In this document: positions 1 through 16,304 of the stretch, piece by piece
How the letters are laid out: every line of letters begins with the position of its first letter
How positions within the stretch are numbered: the first letter of the stretch is position 1
Origin: Fimicolochytrium jonesii
Lineage: Eukaryota
Direction: 5' to 3'
Length of the DNA stretch: 64,000 nucleotides
Assembly: GCF_025526975.1 (NCBI RefSeq)
Contig: NW_026515672.1
Location: forward strand, 124,001 to 188,000
Made by a program: the position numbers and the translations under genes
The notes under the pieces: model-generated
What the model saw: only the letters and a program-made list of their open reading frames with translations
What the model was told of the DNA's origin: nothing
Databases searched by the model: none

Positions 1-2900
1 GCAGACTTCTACGTCCCAACCCTCCCAAACATGGAGCCCAACGTTACAGAAGTCTTCAAAATGCACGCTGGGTAAGCATGCTACCGGCGATGATCTTGGA
101 ATTATTGCAACCGCGTTCTGAAGATACTTCATAGGAATTTGCCTGTCACGGAGGCTGAGGATCAGCAGTTGTTCTTCTGGCTTGTGCAGGCGAGGAATAA
201 CTTGCCGAGGGATAAGTTGGTGAGCAGGGCGCGGTTGGAGGGAGGGGTGTCTGCTGAAGGAGTGGGGTTCTGAAATGTTGTGTGATTAGGTTATATGGAT
301 GAATGGGGGCCCAGGATGGTAAGAACGGGGAGCACGGAGTTTGGTGGCTACCATCTCGATAAAAACGCTGAGGCACTCTACGGTCTCATGTCGCAACCGG
401 ACGTGTAGTTCAAGGTAGGAGCTAACGATTGGTGAGGGTACGACAAACGTTTGATCTGACTCCCCCATCCCAAATATAGCATGGACGGAATGCTCCTAGA
501 AAATGGCCCCTTCAAAATCTCCTCTTCCGGCACCGTGCATGTGAACCCATACAGCTGGGTGCACAACGCGAACATGATCTACGGCAAGTGGCATGCCTAA
601 TGACCGCTAGCGCATGATAGGGACCCGAGGATAACCGTTGTGAACACAGTCGACCAGCCTGTAGGCACGGGGTTCTCCATAAGCAACGGCAAATTCGACG
701 GGAGCTTGCCTGAGGTACGTTCCTGTGAATTCAAGGGGCACCGAGGGTGGTTGAGCTCAAGTCATCTTTCGATCCAGGCAGCATCACATTTCGTAAACTT
801 CCTAGAGAACTTCTTCATAGCTTTTCCGGAGTACCAAAACAGCGAGGTACTCCAACGTGATCCCGCGTCCCCAAAACCGCCGGGCATCTATCTTATGATC
901 CATTCCAGCTGTATCTTGCGGGAGAAAGCTATGCAGGGCAGTACATCCCATACACCGCGCAGGAGATCTTGAACCGGAATAAAGCGGGGCAGAAGGTGAT
1001 GGAAGGTGATTTGAGAAGCGGAGACGGGATGGGCATTGACACAGTGTATCGCCCCGCAGCCCAAGTTGGATCTTAAGGGCCTGATGATTGGGAATGGATG
1101 GATAGATCCATTACGGCAGGTGAGTGCATACACCCACGCTTTGAAACATAGACGAGGGTGATAGATAAATGGAAATTTGCGTTTAGTATGGGTCATACAT
1201 CAAGTTCGCCGAGCTTCACAATCTTCTCAAGATTCCAGAATATAAGGTACCGTCTTCGATCGATCCGACATTTTCGAGGCAACGTGATCGATCTGCTGAT
1301 GCGTTTGGGCATAGCAAGCAGCGGATGCGGACTGGGAGCTGTGCAAGAAGGCCTACGAAAAGGAGGATCGGCTCAAGACGCGTGTGTGTGAACGGATCAT
1401 GGACCATATTTTGGCCGAGTCGAGAGAAGGGTGAGGATAACCAGGACGGGACTCTGTTGGACCGGGGAGAATCTTTGAATTTGACTGTTTGAACAACCTC
1501 CAGCGGCCAAGTCTGTCTGAACATGTACGACATCCGCTACCGCGACGGGAACAGGTGCGGGCTCGGGTGGCCCAGCGATTTGGGTTTCGTTACCAACTAC
1601 CTTGCGGTACGCCCCCCTTCTCCCCACCCCCGCTTCCAAATCGGAAAGTTTCACTTACCTACTGGGTTATGTGTCCGCAGAAACCAGAACTCCGAAAAGC
1701 CCTCCATGCGGACCACGGAACCGGATGGCATGAATGCGATGGAAGCGTGTATGACGGATTTGACAATGATAAGAGTCCGCCTTCGTATACGGTGTGTTGC
1801 CGCCAATCAAGTTTGGGAAGGAGGATGACATGGTGGTCGCTTACCCCTCTTTTCCCTCTGGTTAGCTGCTTCCGGATCTGTTGAATGAAGTCCCAATCAC
1901 GTTGTTCAAGTAAGCGACCTGCGAAACCATGCCCACCCAAAAACACGATTGAGCTGCTCCCCCGAAACTCAAAACTCCCCACTCTCCCTTAGCGGCGACA
2001 AAGACCTAATCTGCAACTGGATCGGCACCCACACCATGCTCGAAGGCCTCGAATGGGGCGGGCGTACCGGTTTCGAAGTACGCTTTCCCTCCCCTCCCCT
2101 CCCTCCCTTCCCACCCAACTAACCTCTGCCCTTCCCCACCCGACAGGACTCCAAAAACTACAAATGGCTCATCTCAGGCACCCCAAAGGGCACCTACGAG
2201 ATCGTCAACAACCTGACCTACGTCATCATGCACGACGCGAGCCACATGGTTGCGGTGGACCAGCCCGTGGCGAGTTTGGATATGTTCAATCGGGCGTTGA
2301 GGGTTGTGGAGGGCGGGATCGAGTCTGAGCTGGTTGGGGAGGTATGAGGCCGGTTTTTGGAGGTGTTTTTTTCTTTGTTTGTGGGGAGGGATGCGGGAGC
2401 TATTTGGTGGGTGATTGCTCCCCTTGACAATCTCCGCGATGGGTTTTCTAGAATGTGTTGACACCCGCACCTGGTGAGAAACCGACCAAACCGCCATCGT
2501 CGACGCCGTTGCCGGATACGGACGCCGGGGAAGGCGAGCCTGTTGCGGGGCACTATTACGCGTACGTACTGTACATCCCATCCATCCCCCTCCTTTCCCT
2601 GCTATCCGATCCACCCCTCTCACACCACTTTCGCACCCCCCCCCCCCCCCCCCCCCCCCCCACCCAAACAGCGGCGCAATCCTCCTAATCCTCATGCTCC
2701 TCGCCCTCGCCCTCTGCGGCGCCTACCGCATGCGGCACAAGTTACCCGGGCTACGCGGTATACTGCGTAACTTTATGCAAACGGGTGGAGGCGCCGTGGG
2801 GCCGAGGAACGGGAGCAATTGGCATGAGGTGCATGGCGATGAGGAGGCGTTGTTTGTGGCGGAGGATTTGGATGGGGTGGGGATGGAGAACATGAGGTAG
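1..2900 (+). CDS. KEX1: Serine carboxypeptidase S10, Kex1-like, membrane-anchored; multi-exon, 5' end outside window
   Basis: Spliced exons give [35 protein letters not shown] (catalytic Ser), [16 protein letters not shown] and HDASHMV (catalytic His), then a hydrophobic TM segment ([16 protein letters not shown]) and an acidic tail ending at TAG 2898-2900. Confidence 0.85.
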
Positions 2901-3350
2901 ACACGTGGGGGTTGGTAGGTGGGGGGGGGGGGGGGGGGGGAGGGGGAGGATGAGGGGTGTTTATGGTGTCGGGAGGGATAGATAACCTACCCGCATTTCT
3001 GTCGCCTGAGGCAAGAAAGCAGGGAGTGTGTTGTACTCTCATTTTGTATACTGTACATGTAAAGACTTAGACGGATATAGCGTGCCAATTCCAACTCGCG
3101 GTCTCCCCAAACCCCGCCAACCACTGAAAAAGACGAACAAGATGGGGTATCTCAGCAACAGCCATAGATCATTCTTATATGTACAGATTCTCGCTCGTTG
3201 CCTTGCGAAAAGGCGTTGCGAGGTGGGGCCCGCTAGTGATTCGCCCTCCCCGGTTAGCTATAGCTTCCTAACTGACACTACACCCACACGCATTTCAAAA
3301 AATCACGCCGCCTCGCATTCGGGGGAAAAAGGGGCGGGGGCCCTCCTCGC

Positions 3351-6034
<2,684 letters not shown>

Positions 6035-6802
6035 GTCGGTGGCTGAATGGCTATCATGCGGCGGCTGGGTGGGAATCTACGACCTTCTATGGCTTTTCGA
6101 TTTTGTGTGACAGCAGCAACCCGTTCTGCTCTCAGTGGAGTTGACCGTCTGAGCGTGGCTTCTGGATGTAGTTGGGAAGGTTAGCAGGGAAAGGCCTCGT
6201 AGGGTTTGAGGGTAAGACTTTTTACCTCGATTGTCGAGTCGACACTAGCGGGTGTTGCGCGCGCTTGCTTGGGACGGAACAGACAAACGTTCGAGGTTGT
6301 TGGCGGAGCAATGTACGCAAGACCAGGGGGGTATCGACGAGTTGTAAGGCACGGTAGGTGCAGTATGTGAGAGAGTAGGTGGTGGGAATTGGCTGAGACT
6401 TTGGCGAGTGTTGGTCGAAGGGTGGACGCCTCTTTGCGGTTGCTGCTCCCTTCCCATGTGTTCCTTGTTCCCCTTGTTCCCTCGCAGAGTAGATGATGAT
6501 GACATCAAAGGCGTGGGACCGCACTGGAGAACACGCCCCACGCAACTGTTGACAGGGGGGCCCCTCGGAGAAGAGGCTTCGACAGCGCGTCACCCCCCTC
6601 CGTCCCGCTCGCTCCCGCTTGGGGGGGACACTCAGCGTTCACTGAGAATACGCCCGCATCTTGGTTGCACAATACAGCAAGGACTCGCTTCGCTCAACGG
6701 GCCCGCAAACTCAGAGAAAAGCCTTCTTGCCCCAAGGAGCTTGCTATTCCCAGGCGGAATCGCATAGCACCTCGCGATTCACTCCGACGCGGCCTGAATC
6801 GA

Positions 6803-9800
6803 ATGGCAGGGCCGGAAAGCACGGGAGCGCCAAGCAGATCCGCCGTCGCTCCACTCCCCGCATTTGACGGCATTCAGCAACTCCCACTATTCATCGATCG
6901 AATCCCTCTATTCGAAGACGATGCCTCCGATGAATATGATTTCCTCAGTCGTCGGAAACCACTGGTCGCCGGCGAGTCGCCAATGCGGAGCGCAAGTCCC
7001 ACCAGGGGTGGCAGAAGTCGACCAGGCTCTGCCAAATCCCGCCGTCAATCCACCGCTGTAGCACACCCTCCCAACAACCGAGGAGTGATCGGCCATCGAG
7101 CCCCGAATCCCGACTACACGAACGCTCGCTCGCTCGGGACATGGGCCGAGGTGCGGAAGGACATCGAAGCGATACTCGATGCCCCTGGTGGGGGACGAGG
7201 CGGCGGATCAAGTGGTGGTGCGGGTGCCGAAGGCAGATCAGACTCGGCATCCTCCTCGCGCGCATCAACACCTACCCCAACTTCCACTACCCCCGCCGGA
7301 CACTCATCGACCATCTCGTTTGGGCTGTCGCACCAACAAACGATCCCGACATCGAACGCCCTGGTGCGGAACATCTTACACGTGCCCGCCGGACTGGCGC
7401 CGTATACATTCACCCCGACTCCAGAAGTCTGGGCCATCTGCGATGAGATGGGGGTTGGGATATGGTCAAGAGGCAGGGGGAGACGAGTGAATGGGGCTTG
7501 GATGGCCAAGGGCATTGTGGGTTGGAAGGCTGTTGCTGGATGGGCGGTGGTTGCAGGGGGCGACATGTGCTTGCGGGTAGGTGCGTGCTGGATATACCCA
7601 TGCGTTTCTTCTTCGATATTGGAACGCACTCATGCATAATATCTCTCGATAGGTCTTGGACTCGCGCTTTGAGGAAGTCTCGTGCTTGAGCGTCGGCAGG
7701 CCTATACTATTGTGAGAGCCATTACTATCCTTCTGCCGATTTCGTTACAACTACTGACCATGTCTGTGGCAGCATCGACTGGGTTCCCGAGCGGAATGAG
7801 ATTGTTACTGGCGAAGTCGGGTTCATCACAGTACGTGTGCATACCTTCCCGAGCCCAGTCGCTACCAGAAAACCATAACATGCTAATGCGCCTGGAACTC
7901 AGTTTTGGAGATTAGAGACCAAAGCGTGAGTATCCGGAGCGGCGTAACATGCGGCCTGATGATAATCTCTCACACTTCGAACGTCTTCGACACAGCATAG
8001 ATCATCGAGACGTCCCAATCCCAACAGCACTCCGGAGCATCACCGACCTCGAAGAAGACGAATGGGTTTCGTTCGTACTATACGACCACGGCACCGAGCG
8101 ATGTTACGCCGCCGTCGACTCCAGTATATATGCAAGTACACTGGGAGTCTTACCCGCAGTTCCCCTGCTTCAAGTACTGACTTCTGCGGGGTAGATTTTC
8201 GATTGGGTTACGGGATACAGAGTGGAATCCCTACGAAACGTGCACGAGATGAGCGTCGCCTGCTTGGCGTACCATCCCCGGCTAGAATACCTCTGCTCCG
8301 GCTCCAAAGATGGCGAAAGTAAGTTCACCCCCTCCTCCCTTCCATTACCCACCCACCTCCCTTCTAACGACCCATCCTCCCACCCACGCAGTAAAAATCT
8401 GGTCCCCCCAGTTCCTCCCCCTCTACACCTTCAAGCTCCCCAACAGCGTCACCTCCCTCCTCCTCATCGCTCCCACCTCCCCCTTACTGATGAGCGGCAG
8501 TCTAGACGGGAGCGTGCGGATCTGGGATCTCGAGCGTGGGAAGCAGACGTACAAACGGAACGTGCGCGCGGATGTGAAGGGGTTGGTGTGGGTTGGCGGG
8601 GAGAGTGTGGGCGTGTGGGGGAAGAGGGATGTGGAGGTGTGGGGGGTTGGGAGGGTTGGCGGGTGTTTTGTGGGGACCAAGTGAGTATTTCTCTCTTGAT
8701 GCCGCTTTTGGCAGAGTTGTTCCCTTGATGTGTCGGAGTGGGCCACCAGAACGAACCGACGAACCCCACTCACTATCACCCCACCAGCGCAACCCCCCAG
8801 ACCCTCTCCATCCTCCGCCACCCCACCCACCCCCCGCGCCTGCTCACCTCCCTCTCCGACAACTCCATCAAGCTCTTCTCCCCGACCACCGGCGCAACCC
8901 TCACAACCTGTTTCCCCGTCCACAAAGACGTCTCGATCCTCTCCGCCGCCGCCGACCTACACCATGGCTTCATCTACGGCCTGCTGTCCTCGGGCGAAGT
9001 CGCGGTGTGGGAAACGGGCAGGAGCAACCCGGCCGTGTTGAAGGGGGTGTGGGAGGAGATACAGCCGAGGGATCGGTGTGCGGCGATTTGCGAGGTGGAT
9101 ATTTATAATTGGAGGGGGTTGGGGAGGAGGTTTGGGAGGATGTTTTATCTGGGGGTCGGGTTTGAGAGTGGGGGGGTGGGATGGGTTGGGGAGGGGGGGA
9201 GGTTGGAGGGGTGTGTGCAGGTGGGTGCTGACATCTTCCGAACGGAAACCCACAGTGATGTCTGATCCCTGATGCTCTTTTGCCAGGCGCACACAGCACC
9301 CGTTTTGTTCGTCAAGTTCGATCCACAGAGATTATGGATGATATCCGGTGGACAAGGTACTGTGAGACCTCCGAAACCTGTTGCTGATAGCTCACCCTGT
9401 TTTCCAACCATCTCGCCCTCAGACAACACCATCAAAACCTGGCTCTTCGCCCCCGGCACGCCCACCCCGCACCAGCCCCACGCACGCCCCACCCTAACCC
9501 ACCTCCACACCCTCACCACCACCTTCACCCTCCCGCCCACCCTCGCCGTCTCCCCATCGCGGTGCATCATCGGTCTTCCCGGTCCTGGTATCATCAAACA
9601 AGCGCGGTACGACGCCGATGGGGTTGTGGAGGGGCAGAGTCTGAGTGCCGATTTCGATGAACGGTTGGAGGTTGTGCAGAGTGTCGGGGATGTGGATTGG
9701 GGGGAGGGGTGGGGGCTGTGGGTCGGGGCGGTAGGATGCGCGGTGAGGGTTTGGGATGAGGGGGGGTTGATACGGTACGAGGCGTTTCATTGGCCAAAGG

Positions 9801-12800
9801 AGCGTGGTGTTCGATAGATTTGATAGATGTTTGTTTTTTTTTTGGGCAGAGAGATCCAATTCAACGAACCGATCCGCTCCGTCTGTTTCGCCAACACTCG
9901 CGGGGATATCTTTGTCGGGCTCCCGGATCAGATCTCTGTTATTCGGATGCAGGATTGTATGTCCTCCCCATTCCACACCCCTCCCCGCCCCCACATACCA
10001 CTCAACCCCCATTCCGTTCTCTATTTATCCGTAGACCTCCCCTACGACCTCCTCAAGCTCGCCCTCACGCGCCACTTCCCGGACCCGATGAAAGAGGACC
10101 CACCGCCGTTCGACCCGACGATTGATTTCTGGGAGGGCGTTTATGAGCGAAATTTGAGGGAGAGGGGGACTGTAGGGTACTGGCATGTGAGGAGGTGTGT
10201 TGAACATTCGCTTTTCATGAGCGGAGATGGGGTGGAGTTCCGAGTGGGTGCTGATGGGTGGGGGTTTTTTTTTTCGCAGAGAGCCTGATCCGAGCGAACT
10301 GCAGAAACCGCAGGTCAGGAGTAAGGAGGAGACGAGGGAAAAGGATAGGCACAGTCGGGATGTCCATCGGGTAACGTCCCCCTCTTCATTGAGATATCCG
10401 CCCGTCGCATACCCCCTTCGTCTAACACCCATCGAACAGCGGCGCAACCGCCGCCTCTACCTCGAACTAGAACACCGCGCGTTCCTCAAGGCTCGCAAAT
10501 TCGAAACAACCGCCTCCCCACATAAAAAACAAGTCTCTCCCATCCACACAGAAATGGAATCCGACGGCGAACACGATCTCGTCATCCTCAACCGACAGTC
10601 CAGCGAGGACGTCCTCGTCGAGCTGCTCCGAACAGAATCGCCGTCCGATCTGGTGGTGGAGGAAATGGTCCCACTCCCGCCTGAAGTGATCCACATCCCC
10701 CTCATGCCGCCCAAACCCAAAGGCCGGCTCTACATCAAGCCCACCTCCCGACGGCGGTCCGAGCGGTCCATCACACGTCCGACCCGGCCCGTATCCGAGA
10801 AGGAGACGATGAGTAAAGAAGAGGTGGATGCGAGGAGGCAGATGGTGAGAAAGACGTTGGAGAACCAAGGGGTCGTCATGCCGAATTCCAGTGTCACGCA
10901 GACGGTGACCCCGGCTAAGAAAAGCGAGGCGTTCCGACGACGCTCGATCGCCCCTCAACGCCCGCCATCGGCTGCGACGACGCCCGCGCCACCGGGGGAA
11001 GAGACGTCCGTGCCGCCGGTGAAGTATATTGCGCCGAAGAGGCAGCGGGTGCAGCGACCACCTGTCTTGGAACCGCCGGTCGAGGAACAGGAACCGGGGA
11101 AACCGTTACCGGTGGTGGTCGAGCCGCCCAAACCACCCACCCCCCCGCCGCCGCCGCCGCTCGTACAGCAAGGGGAAGACGACCTCCTCCTCCTCCCGCC
11201 ACCGTCCCCACCCATGTTTGCCGAGATCGAGGTCGAGCGCCCGCCACGGCCGCCAAGACCGAAGAAAGTGCGGAAACATAAACCGAAAAAGCCGCCGCCG
11301 CAGGCAACGAAACCGCCGTTCGCGTTACCGCCGCCCCCGGTCATACCCCCCGCTCAGCCGAAGCGCCCACCCCCGGCGCCGAAACCCCCCGCGGTAGTCA
11401 AACCCATCATCGCGCCTCCACCGCCCGCACCCAAACCGGCAGTCGTCGCCCCCCCACCCGCACCTTCCAAACCCAAACCTAAACCCAAACCCAAACCAAA
11501 CCCCATCATCGCCGTCCACCTCCCGCCCAAACCGCCCCCACCGCCGCCCGCACCATCGTCGCCCCCCGCGGAACAGGCGGAGAGCACCCCCCCAACCCCG
11601 CCATCGGAACCTGATTTCGTCCTGGAAGAAGTCACCGAGGAAGCCGCGGCCGCCTTCGCATGGAACCTGATCCGTGCGCGCGAGTTCAAGCGCGAGGAGG
11701 ATATCCCACAGGAGCTGCGGAAAATGATGGGGATGTTCTGGTTTCCTCATCTTCAGGTAACGTATAACCCCCCCCCCCCCCTCATCTTCCTATTCACCCA
11801 CCTCACCTCACCCGGGAAATCTAATAAACGGATGTATGAAAAAAAAAATAATAGGGCCAGAAACCGACGCTCCAAAACATCGTCCAGTCACTTCTACACC
11901 TCCTCCGCACGGGGCTCTGGCTCGAAAAGGTCGAGGCAGCAAAGGCTCTGTTGCTCCTTTTCCGCACGTTCCGGAGCGATTTCATTGATCCGCTGTCGAC
12001 GTTGGTGCGGCCGCAGCTCGAGTTTATGGACGATCCGAGTTGGCAGGTCAGGGCGCAGCTGTGTTGTAATGTCGGGCAGTATGGTGTTGCCGGGGACGGG
12101 ATGGAGGAGGTGATTGCGGCGCTGATGGGGAGGTTGGGGGATCGGGTGGAGTATGTTAGGTGAGTGGGTGCCGAATATCACTGATGGATGGGTTGGCTGT
12201 GGTGGGGGATCTGATGTGTTGTGGTTTTGTAGACAGGTAGCTCTGAGATCCCTCGCAACGTTCGGTATCAACAACAAGATGGATTTACACGCCGCCATGG
12301 TGCGGTGTGGGTTGCTGCCGGCCACAGTTCCCCCAGCAGATGATATTATGCTCAATGTAAGTTGGGTCAACATGATCATCGTGTTATTATTCGTTGAAGC
12401 ATAGATTGATTTGAATTACTCCCCCCCCCCCCCCCCCCAATTAAAAAACAACCCAGATGATGCTGCTCATCCAACTGCAAAAACGCAACGACACCTATCA
12501 GGACATCACACAAGGGGTCGTCGCCTGGCTATCCTCCGTCGCACACTCAACAGGCTACGGCAACCGACAAAGACGCGACAGTTATTGCGAGCATCTCGCG
12601 GGCCCCTTCTTCCCACCGGACGCGCGGAAGAATGGGGATGGACCAAGGGGATCTCGACAGGCGTGGGAGGACGCGGCTGATGTTACGGGATGGGGGGACG
12701 ATTCGGGGAAGAGCGCGTTGATGGCGGCGGAGGGGGATAGATGGGCAAAGAGTTTCCCGGGACGTACGACCGAGACGGGGTGGGAAAAATACATCGCCGC

Positions 12801-13200
12801 GCAGAAAAAGTTGGCGAGCGCTAGAGCCGCTGAGCCGTTATTCTCAGAGAGAACGGAGAAGCCGCAAGCCCGTCGGTCCATCACAGAGCGGGCCAAGACA
12901 GCCGCACCAGTGAGGCCGGTTTCGTTCCGGGACGCGATGCAGCGGGTGAGACCCATGACAGCTGGGACGAATTACGCAAAGGGGGGTCCGAAAGCTTTGA
13001 CGGGGTTGGTGCAGCCGCCGATGGATTACAAGAAACGGCCGACAACCGCACCGAGTCTGGTTTCTAGGGGTACGACGGCTACGATAAGGGGCTCGGCAAG
13101 GAAAAGGCTGAAGGAGTGGCAGTCTTCACTACGGACTTCGTTTCCAGACGTTGTTGAGGGGTTGCATGATCGACCATTCAGGAGTGGCGGGCATAGGTAG
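6803..13200 (+). CDS. Large WD40-repeat protein with Pro-rich linker and HEAT-like C-terminal region, WDR97/WDR87-like
   Basis: WD repeats (LCSGSKDG..KIW, SGSLDGSVRIWD, AHTAPV...IKTW); REIQFNEPIRSVCFANTRGDIFVG...YLP...PPPFDP segment resembles the WDR97/87 family; long PPPP/KP region; HEAT-like DDPSWQVRAQLC. Many introns; full exon structure not resolved. Confidence 0.65.
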
Positions 13201-13333
13201 AAATGCATTGGTGACGTCTCGAAAGTGTGTATATATCTGCAACATGGGACCCTTGGGGATAGCCGAGAACAACGAAATCATATATTCCCTCCCGGTGTAT
13301 TCGCTCGTGACCTCTCCCTGCTCGACTGTTCTC

Positions 13334-14347
13334 TCACGGGTTTTGATGGACCGCTTGTGCTGCCGCCGGGCCCATGTTCGCAGTGTTCGCCCTTCCGTTT
13401 CTGGGTTGGATGATACTGTCGCGTAGTTCCAGTGCTTCAGAGAGTGGGAGCATGGGTGGTATCACATCTTGCAAGAAATTGAGGTCCACGTTGTCTGCCA
13501 CCGCTTTTGCTGCAATTTGTGAGGTGCGTGAGAAGGTGAGGTTGGGCAATGCATCAACCCATCAACAACCATCCACAACCATCAACCCATCCAACCTTCA
13601 ACCACTAACCACTCATCAGGAAACGATATCCTGCTCGCTCCGCTCGCGACGACGATGGGTTGCGGTGAGTGGAGCATAGCTCGCTAAAAGGTCTGACGTG
13701 CGCAAAGGCGCTCGCTATCAGTCGAGCTCCCATCGCAAATCAGAAGGCGTTCGCTCTGGTCGGCCCATCGGTCTCCCAGACCGACCCCAACCCTGCACCT
13801 CGCTTCGCTCGTTGCAGACAGGCCACCATCGCTCGCTTCACGCGCGGCTCGCATGGCTCGCGAACCTCAAGCACTCTCCTCGCTATCGCTCGGAACCCAC
13901 AAGCAATTCTGCTCGCTATCGCTCGGCCCCTCTGGTCGTACTCAAACACCCACCAATATCCCTGTAAGCGATAACCTTCCTTCCGTCGGTCCTAGCGGTA
14001 GCAAAGCTCCTTTCCACAATATATTCCAGAAACATTTCCGTCGCAAGTGTCGTGGCGAAAACCGCGTCGTGTCCCACTCCACCCACGCCTCTGTCTTCTC
14101 TCATGATCGACTTGACGCGTGCTTGTGGGAACGCAGCTTTAATAGTTGTATTTGTGGAGCTGGATGTTGCGGAGGTGGTGGGCATTGTCGAGGAGGATGG
14201 CGGTTCGAGGGCAGGGGTAGAAGAGGCGGAGAGTGGGGAGGAGGACGAGGGTTGTGTGTTGTAGAAGTCGATGGTTGCGCCCGACTGGGAGGGGGACTGG
14301 GAGTGGGACTGGGAGTGGGATTGAGAGTGGGGCTGGGAGACCGGCAT
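13334..14347 (-). CDS. Histone-fold protein of the CBF/NF-YC class (Dpb3/Dls1/CHRAC1-like)
   Basis: FPQARVKSIMRED...AVFATTLATEMFLEYIVERSF...RKVIAYRDI|AKAVADNVDLNFLQDVIP; one 444-nt intron at 13510-13953. Confidence 0.85.
13622..13930 (-). repeat. Intronic GCGAAGC/GCGATAGC-rich repeat family, copy A
   Basis: Reverse complement shares a 29-bp block (28/29) and a 27-bp block (26/27) with the intron at 14859-15220, and shorter motifs with the intron at 56203-56451. Confidence 0.8.
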
Positions 14348-14609
14348 TGTCGGGTGAGGTTGTATTTGGTGGGGAAGATAGCTGTGAAGGCGAGTGCGAG
14401 GGAAAGAGGAAAGAGAAAGAGCGCCCTCTCTGACGGGAGGCGGGTGGCGCAGTCAACTGTCAATTGCGATCCCCTCCTGCGTCTTCTGCCCCGCCAACCG
14501 GCACCGTCAAGTGTCCCTTCAGCGTTGGAACACTCGGCCGGGAGCCCATCCCTGCGCAACTTCGAAACTACCTGAACCACCGCACCTTCCCACCACCAAG
14601 TCTATCGCC

Positions 14610-15868
14610 ATGGCAGCAGTGTGTATGTACTCACCTCCTTGGCTTCCTGCCTTTCGTCATACGCGACTGACCCTGAATGTCCAACCCTCAGCCGAACCAG
14701 AGCCAGCAGTGATCGAGGACACCCACGGCTCACGCAGCTACAGGCCTTTCAACAGAGGAAATAAGCTCAAGAGAACGATAGAGGAGGCTGAAGGCGCAGC
14801 AACGCTTTCTGGAAGGCCGACAATTTGGACTGTGAGACCGATTGACGAGGAGTTGGAGGTACGAAGCGAGAGCGGAGCGAGCCAAGGCGGATCGTTTAGG
14901 TTTCCGAGGGAAACGAGAGTGCGAGCGAGAGCAGCCTCAACGCGAGCGAAGCGAGGCCCAGGGATGCTTGAGGGTTCCGAGCGATAGCGAGCATACTGCG
15001 CCTAAAGCGCAGGAATGCTTGAGTGCGGCGAGGCCGAGCCTACTGGGCCGGAGACCCAGGGTTGACGATCACACACCGGCCCGACCTCCTTGTCGCGAGC
15101 GGAGCGAGCAGGGTATCGTTCGACCGGCCGCTCCATGTTAATGTTGTTGATGGCTTGATGACTTCATGGTTGATCTTTGATCGTTGATGGTTAACGAACG
15201 GACATGTTTTCTTTATTTAGTACGCCCAAATCGGAAAACGCCGCGCCATCCTCCGCCGCGGCAAAGACCGCTCCACCGAAGACGACCCCTACACAAACGT
15301 CGACATCGAAAGTTAGTACGTCCCCCAAACTCCCCATCCTCCCTCCTCCACATACTCACACCCATTTCCCCTTTCCCCAAACAGAACTCTGGTCCTTCCC
15401 CACCCACATAACCACCGCCGCCGCCACCGCCTCCTTCTCACACACCCTAACCAACCGCGCCTTGAAAGTCCTCTCCCACACCGCGATGGAGATGATGGAA
15501 GCCGAGGCAGATTTCGGGCGGAGTCTGGCGGGGGTTGCGAATGTGTTGCAGGGGGATGATCCGCTTTTCCAGGATGGGGAGATTGAGAAGGTCGTGGGGG
15601 AGGATTTGTTGGCGGAGGTTCGGGGGGATTTGCAGGTATGTGTGTGTCGAGTGCTGCCATTTTCAGGCCCCACACCTATCCGAGGCCATCTCGCTCACGT
15701 CTTGTGTGTTTGAAGGAATTGATGAGCTGCAGCGAAGAGTACATAAAACGGATGAGCGACATGCGGGACAGGCTCTTGTTGGCGTACACGCAGAAAAAGT
15801 CGTTGGCGAAGGAATTGATGCCCGCGAAGAAACCGTTGATTCCGCCACTGCCCGATCTCGACGATTAG
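14610..15868 (+). CDS. RXT2: Rxt2-like subunit of the Rpd3L histone deacetylase complex
   Basis: Spliced product has NRGNKLKR, KRRAILRRG...DDPYTNVDIEKLW and TLTNRALKVLSHTAMEMMEAE, resembling the RXT2 N-terminal domain. Confidence 0.65.
14861..15120 (+). repeat. Intronic GCGAAGC/GCGATAGC-rich repeat family, copy B
   Basis: GAGCGAAGCGAGG, GGGATGCTTGAGGGTTCCGAGCGATAGCGAG and GTCGCGAGCGGAGCGAGCAGGGTATCGTT lie inside intron 14859-15220. Confidence 0.8.
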
Positions 15869-16304
15869 ATTGGGGTGAGGGCGAGGGGTTATCCGACGGG
15901 TCCGAGATGTGACCCCGTGCCCTGTTTACTTTTTGTACATAGTTCGTAATATTGACCCAAGAGCAGGGGTGGTACCTTACTGGGAAAGAACCCAAGAAAG
16001 CGAAGCCTGCGAAATGGCCTGTTTCTTCGTCTCGTCTCAGATTCCGTCCTGGCCGCGGCACTCTTTTTCTACGCCGTTGGACATTGTACTGTATTTACAG
16101 CTCACGTATCAGAAGGATGCACCTTTGGACTATTTGGGAAACTGTGGCTATCTACATGACTATGTGGTACCCAGCACATTCCAAAGACATTTTGATGCCG
16201 CAGGGGAAAATCGGCTAGCTGCTATAACACCCTCTCTCCTATTGCAGACTACGGATTCGTAGACGACGTCGGCGCCGACGACGCCCCAGCATCCACCCCG
16301 CCCT

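Noticed and set aside
10227..12113. Stand-alone 628-aa proline-rich (extensin/formin-like) gene
   Set aside because: It is bounded by splice sites and best read as an internal exon of the WD40 gene.
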